Positions 61,438-64,000 of a stretch of 64,000 nucleotides of DNA are shown here, in pieces. The position numbers were made by a program, and so were the translations under genes. A model generated the notes under the pieces. The model was not told where the DNA came from and did not search any database. It saw nothing but the letters and a program-made list of their open reading frames with translations. Source of the DNA: Phoronis australis (Eukaryota; Animalia; Phoronida); NCBI GenBank assembly GCA_002633005.1, contig NMRA01001008.1, positions 7,562-71,561 of the forward strand, in the 5' to 3' direction. Numbering within the stretch: position 1 is the first letter of the stretch; every line of letters starts with the position of its first letter.

Positions 61438-62204
61438 CTGAAACAAGCATTTCATTGAATAGTGTGTGTTCTTTTTAATTTTTCATTTTTCAAAATAGTA
61501 AAAAAGTAGACCAAGGAAAATAACAGCATTAATACAAGCATCATGTATACAAACATAAAGCCCCACACGATCATAAAAATCATCTAATTGCTTGCTGCAG
61601 GAAACTGATAAGTGTTTCCGAATAAACATTTTGAGGGGTTTGGATATTTCTCAGAATACATGTGGCACTTAACCAAAATATTTGGTTCTTAATTGTTGTG
61701 ACTTGTCTTTACGTAAGTAGCTAATAATTTCTTCCTAAGAAATCAAGATGTGATGGTAGAAGATATCAAGATATAAAAGAGGCAACTTATTCTTATTATA
61801 ATCATTCGACTTACCATATCATTTCAAAATATAGTTTAGAGCACTTTAACAAACGCCAGTGTTTCCGTCCAAGAAATTGGTAATCCACCTGAATGACTTG
61901 TAAATAACATTTACGTCTTGAACTGAAATACCATCATTTTCATGGGAATTTACGGAATTTACTTTTGTCAGCTTAATATTGCTGATGAAATTTTTATTAT
62001 AGTGTTAATTTTGCCCCATTTGCGCTATCCCATCAATAAATTGGTCTTGACATTGGCTTAGAAAGTTTTGGCTTCACTAATGGTACCTAGTATCGTACCT
62101 AAAATCCACTGGTCTACTTACACAAACCCCTCAGCCTATCTACATGTATATTAGTAGAGGTTGATATATACAAGCCAATAGATTTTAGAAATGATGGGAT
62201 GAGA

Positions 62205-62345
62205 GAGGGGGGAGGGAGGTGNTGTGTGTGTGTGTGTGAATGCGTGTGTGATTTTTAGGTATGCAGATATATTTGTATACGTGTGCGGGTGCGCGCGCGC
62301 GTGTGTGTGTGTGGGTGGGGAGCATATGCATATATGCATAATATA
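62205..62345. repeat. Compound (TG)n/(CG)n/(TA)n microsatellite at the RTE 3' end
   Basis: Seen directly in the sequence. Confidence 0.8.
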
Positions 62346-63665
62346 TAGGACCTGTTGGTAGTCCTTCGGGTCCGAAGATGACGTAGGTTGTGTGTCTCAT
62401 CGTCTATGTACACGAAGATGGCTCTGCAGTCCCAGCCTTGACGCGCAGAGTCGAGCACAGGAGGGGCATTGGAACTCCGTCGTGGTAACAGCAGCTTCGA
62501 GTCTCTTACAGCGGTCATCCTCAAAACTGGCAGTTGCTTTTCGAATCGTGGCTCGCCACTTTGGTCTCTCTCCTGCAACAGCTTTCAGCTCCTTGGGTTT
62601 GATGTTGCACCACTTCAGGTTGGCTTTGACGGTGTCTTTGTAGCGAAGGCGAGGGCGTCCTTGCTTCCTTCTCCCAGTCTTCAGCTCGCCGTACAAAAGC
62701 TGGCGAGGCATTCTGTAGTCCTCCGTCCTGATGATGTGCCCCCCCCCCATCGCAGTTGGGCCTTGAGTAGCATCGCTTCAATGCTGGTTGACTGGGCACG
62801 TTCTAGGACCTCAAGGTTGGTGATTCGGTCCAGCCGTCGGACTCCTAGGATGGAGCGAACTGAACGCATATGGAAGCTCTTAAGCTTCTTGATGTGCCTG
62901 CGGTAGAGGGTCCATGACTCGCAGCCATAGAGCAGAGAGGTCAGGACCACTGAAGAACACACCTTCCGTTTAGTAGACAGGCGGATGTTGTGTTCGTTGA
63001 GCACCCCTTGTTCTCAGTCTTCCGAGTGCTTGGCTCGCCTTGCTTATCCTGGAAGCAATCTCTTTGTCTAAGCTGCCATCTTTTGAGATGACGCTCCCCA
63101 GGTATTTGAAGTACTCCACATTGAGGAGTTGCTCGTTGTCGATGGTAATGACTGGCTCCGGGGGATTGATGTTGGGTGCAGGTTTAAGAAACACTTCTGT
63201 CTTGCCGAGGCTTATAGTCAAGCAGAATGCTTTGGAAGCATTCGAGAAGCTGTCCAGCATGAGTTGTAGGTCATTCTCTTTGTGGGAAAGGAGCGCACAG
63301 TCATCCGCAAAGAGAGCGTCCTGGATTAGTTTTTCCAGGCACTTTGTCTTTGCACTAAGGCGCCTTAGATCGAAGAGGGAACCGTCGAGGCGATATTTGA
63401 TGTACACACCCTCCTCTAGTCCCTGCACAGCTTGGGTCAACATGCATGTGAAGGAGAGATTGAAAAGAACAGGCGCAAGCACACACCCCTGCTTCACTCC
63501 ATTTGAGACGTCAAAGGTGGCTGAAGCATCGCCGCTTGCGAGGACCTGACCTGTCACGCCATCATGGAAGAGTCGCACCATCTTAACAAACTTTCGGGGG
63601 CAGCCATATCGACTTAGGACTGTCCACAGTGCCTCCCGGTTGACAGTGTCGAAGGCCTTTGTTAG
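62345..63665 (-). mobile_element. RTE-clade (BovB-like) LINE, 3' part with RT and C2H2 finger
   Basis: LTKAFDTV...GVKQGCVLAP...LFADD...FKYLGS...LLYGCESW...RMPRQLLYGEL...GRPRLRYKD...CPSCARLC..HLRVH*. Frameshifts at about 63004 and 62750. Short 3'UTR runs into a microsatellite. Confidence 0.92.
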
Positions 63666-64000
63666 TGACACACGAAATTGTGTGGGATGACGGAGGAACG
63701 AACAAGAAACACGTCTTCTCAGTTCAAAACTTTATTCGTCACCAAAGAAAAATGGGGTTGCACATGCGCGGCGACTAGCGCGCCACCTATAGTTATACAG
63801 TAACTTCAACTGTGGTTTATGCAACAGCCAATAGATGGGAGTCCGTAACATACTCCCCCTTGGATTTTTGAAGAAAATCCAACAATAATTAGTGTCTTTA
63901 AATGAATGTCCTCTTCATTTAAACAAGTGTCTCTTTAAGAAAACAACTATGAAGCAACACAGGTAGTTACATCAAATTACAAAGATCCAGTTCTTTAGCA
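63666..64000 (-). mobile_element. LTR retrotransposon 3' end (3' LTR 63850-63666 plus PPT), inserted into the RTE RT and extending beyond the window
   Basis: On the minus strand, polypurine tract AAGGGGGAGTA is followed by TGTTACGG...AATAAA...GTGTCA (185 bp), directly abutting the RTE codons LTKAFD. Confidence 0.8.

Noticed and set aside
61815-61890. Candidate upstream astacin exon with a gtaagt donor
   Set aside because: Splicing it to the next exon creates a stop, and the peptide does not resemble astacin.
62469-63549. Plus-strand ORFs of 145 and 169 aa (also 21146-21505)
   Set aside because: Antisense shadows of LINE coding sequence.

Overview
AT-rich, intron-containing animal DNA (probably a marine invertebrate; this is inference) with one 508-N assembly gap. 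There are no rRNA, tRNA or CRISPR features. Host-gene content is three damaged minus-strand spliced genes: (1) a TADA2A/Ada2a copy at about 36.8-45.8 kb with intact 3' exons but an internal deletion plus frameshift and no visible 5' exons; (2) an astacin metalloprotease pseudogene at about 59.4-61.4 kb; (3) a signal-peptide gene remnant at about 27.3-29.5 kb. Much of the rest is nested mobile DNA: two copies of one Academ element (TAG...CTA ends, 3-bp TSDs), an AcademX transposase remnant of a second family, a Sola3 element, a young L1/Tx1-type LINE, an RTE LINE interrupted by an LTR element, a decayed Gypsy, Harbinger- and hAT-like MITEs, a Helentron-like element with tandem repeats, and a 5.5-kb element with palindromic subterminal arrays. 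I found no convincing wholly new multi-gene system. The most interesting signals are window-wide TACATGTA motifs resembling Tc1/mariner excision footprints (one adds two codons inside a TADA2A exon), a possible frame-rescuing cryptic exon in TADA2A, and CTCF-like motif arrays carried by transposons. All assignments come from manual reading, with no database searches.
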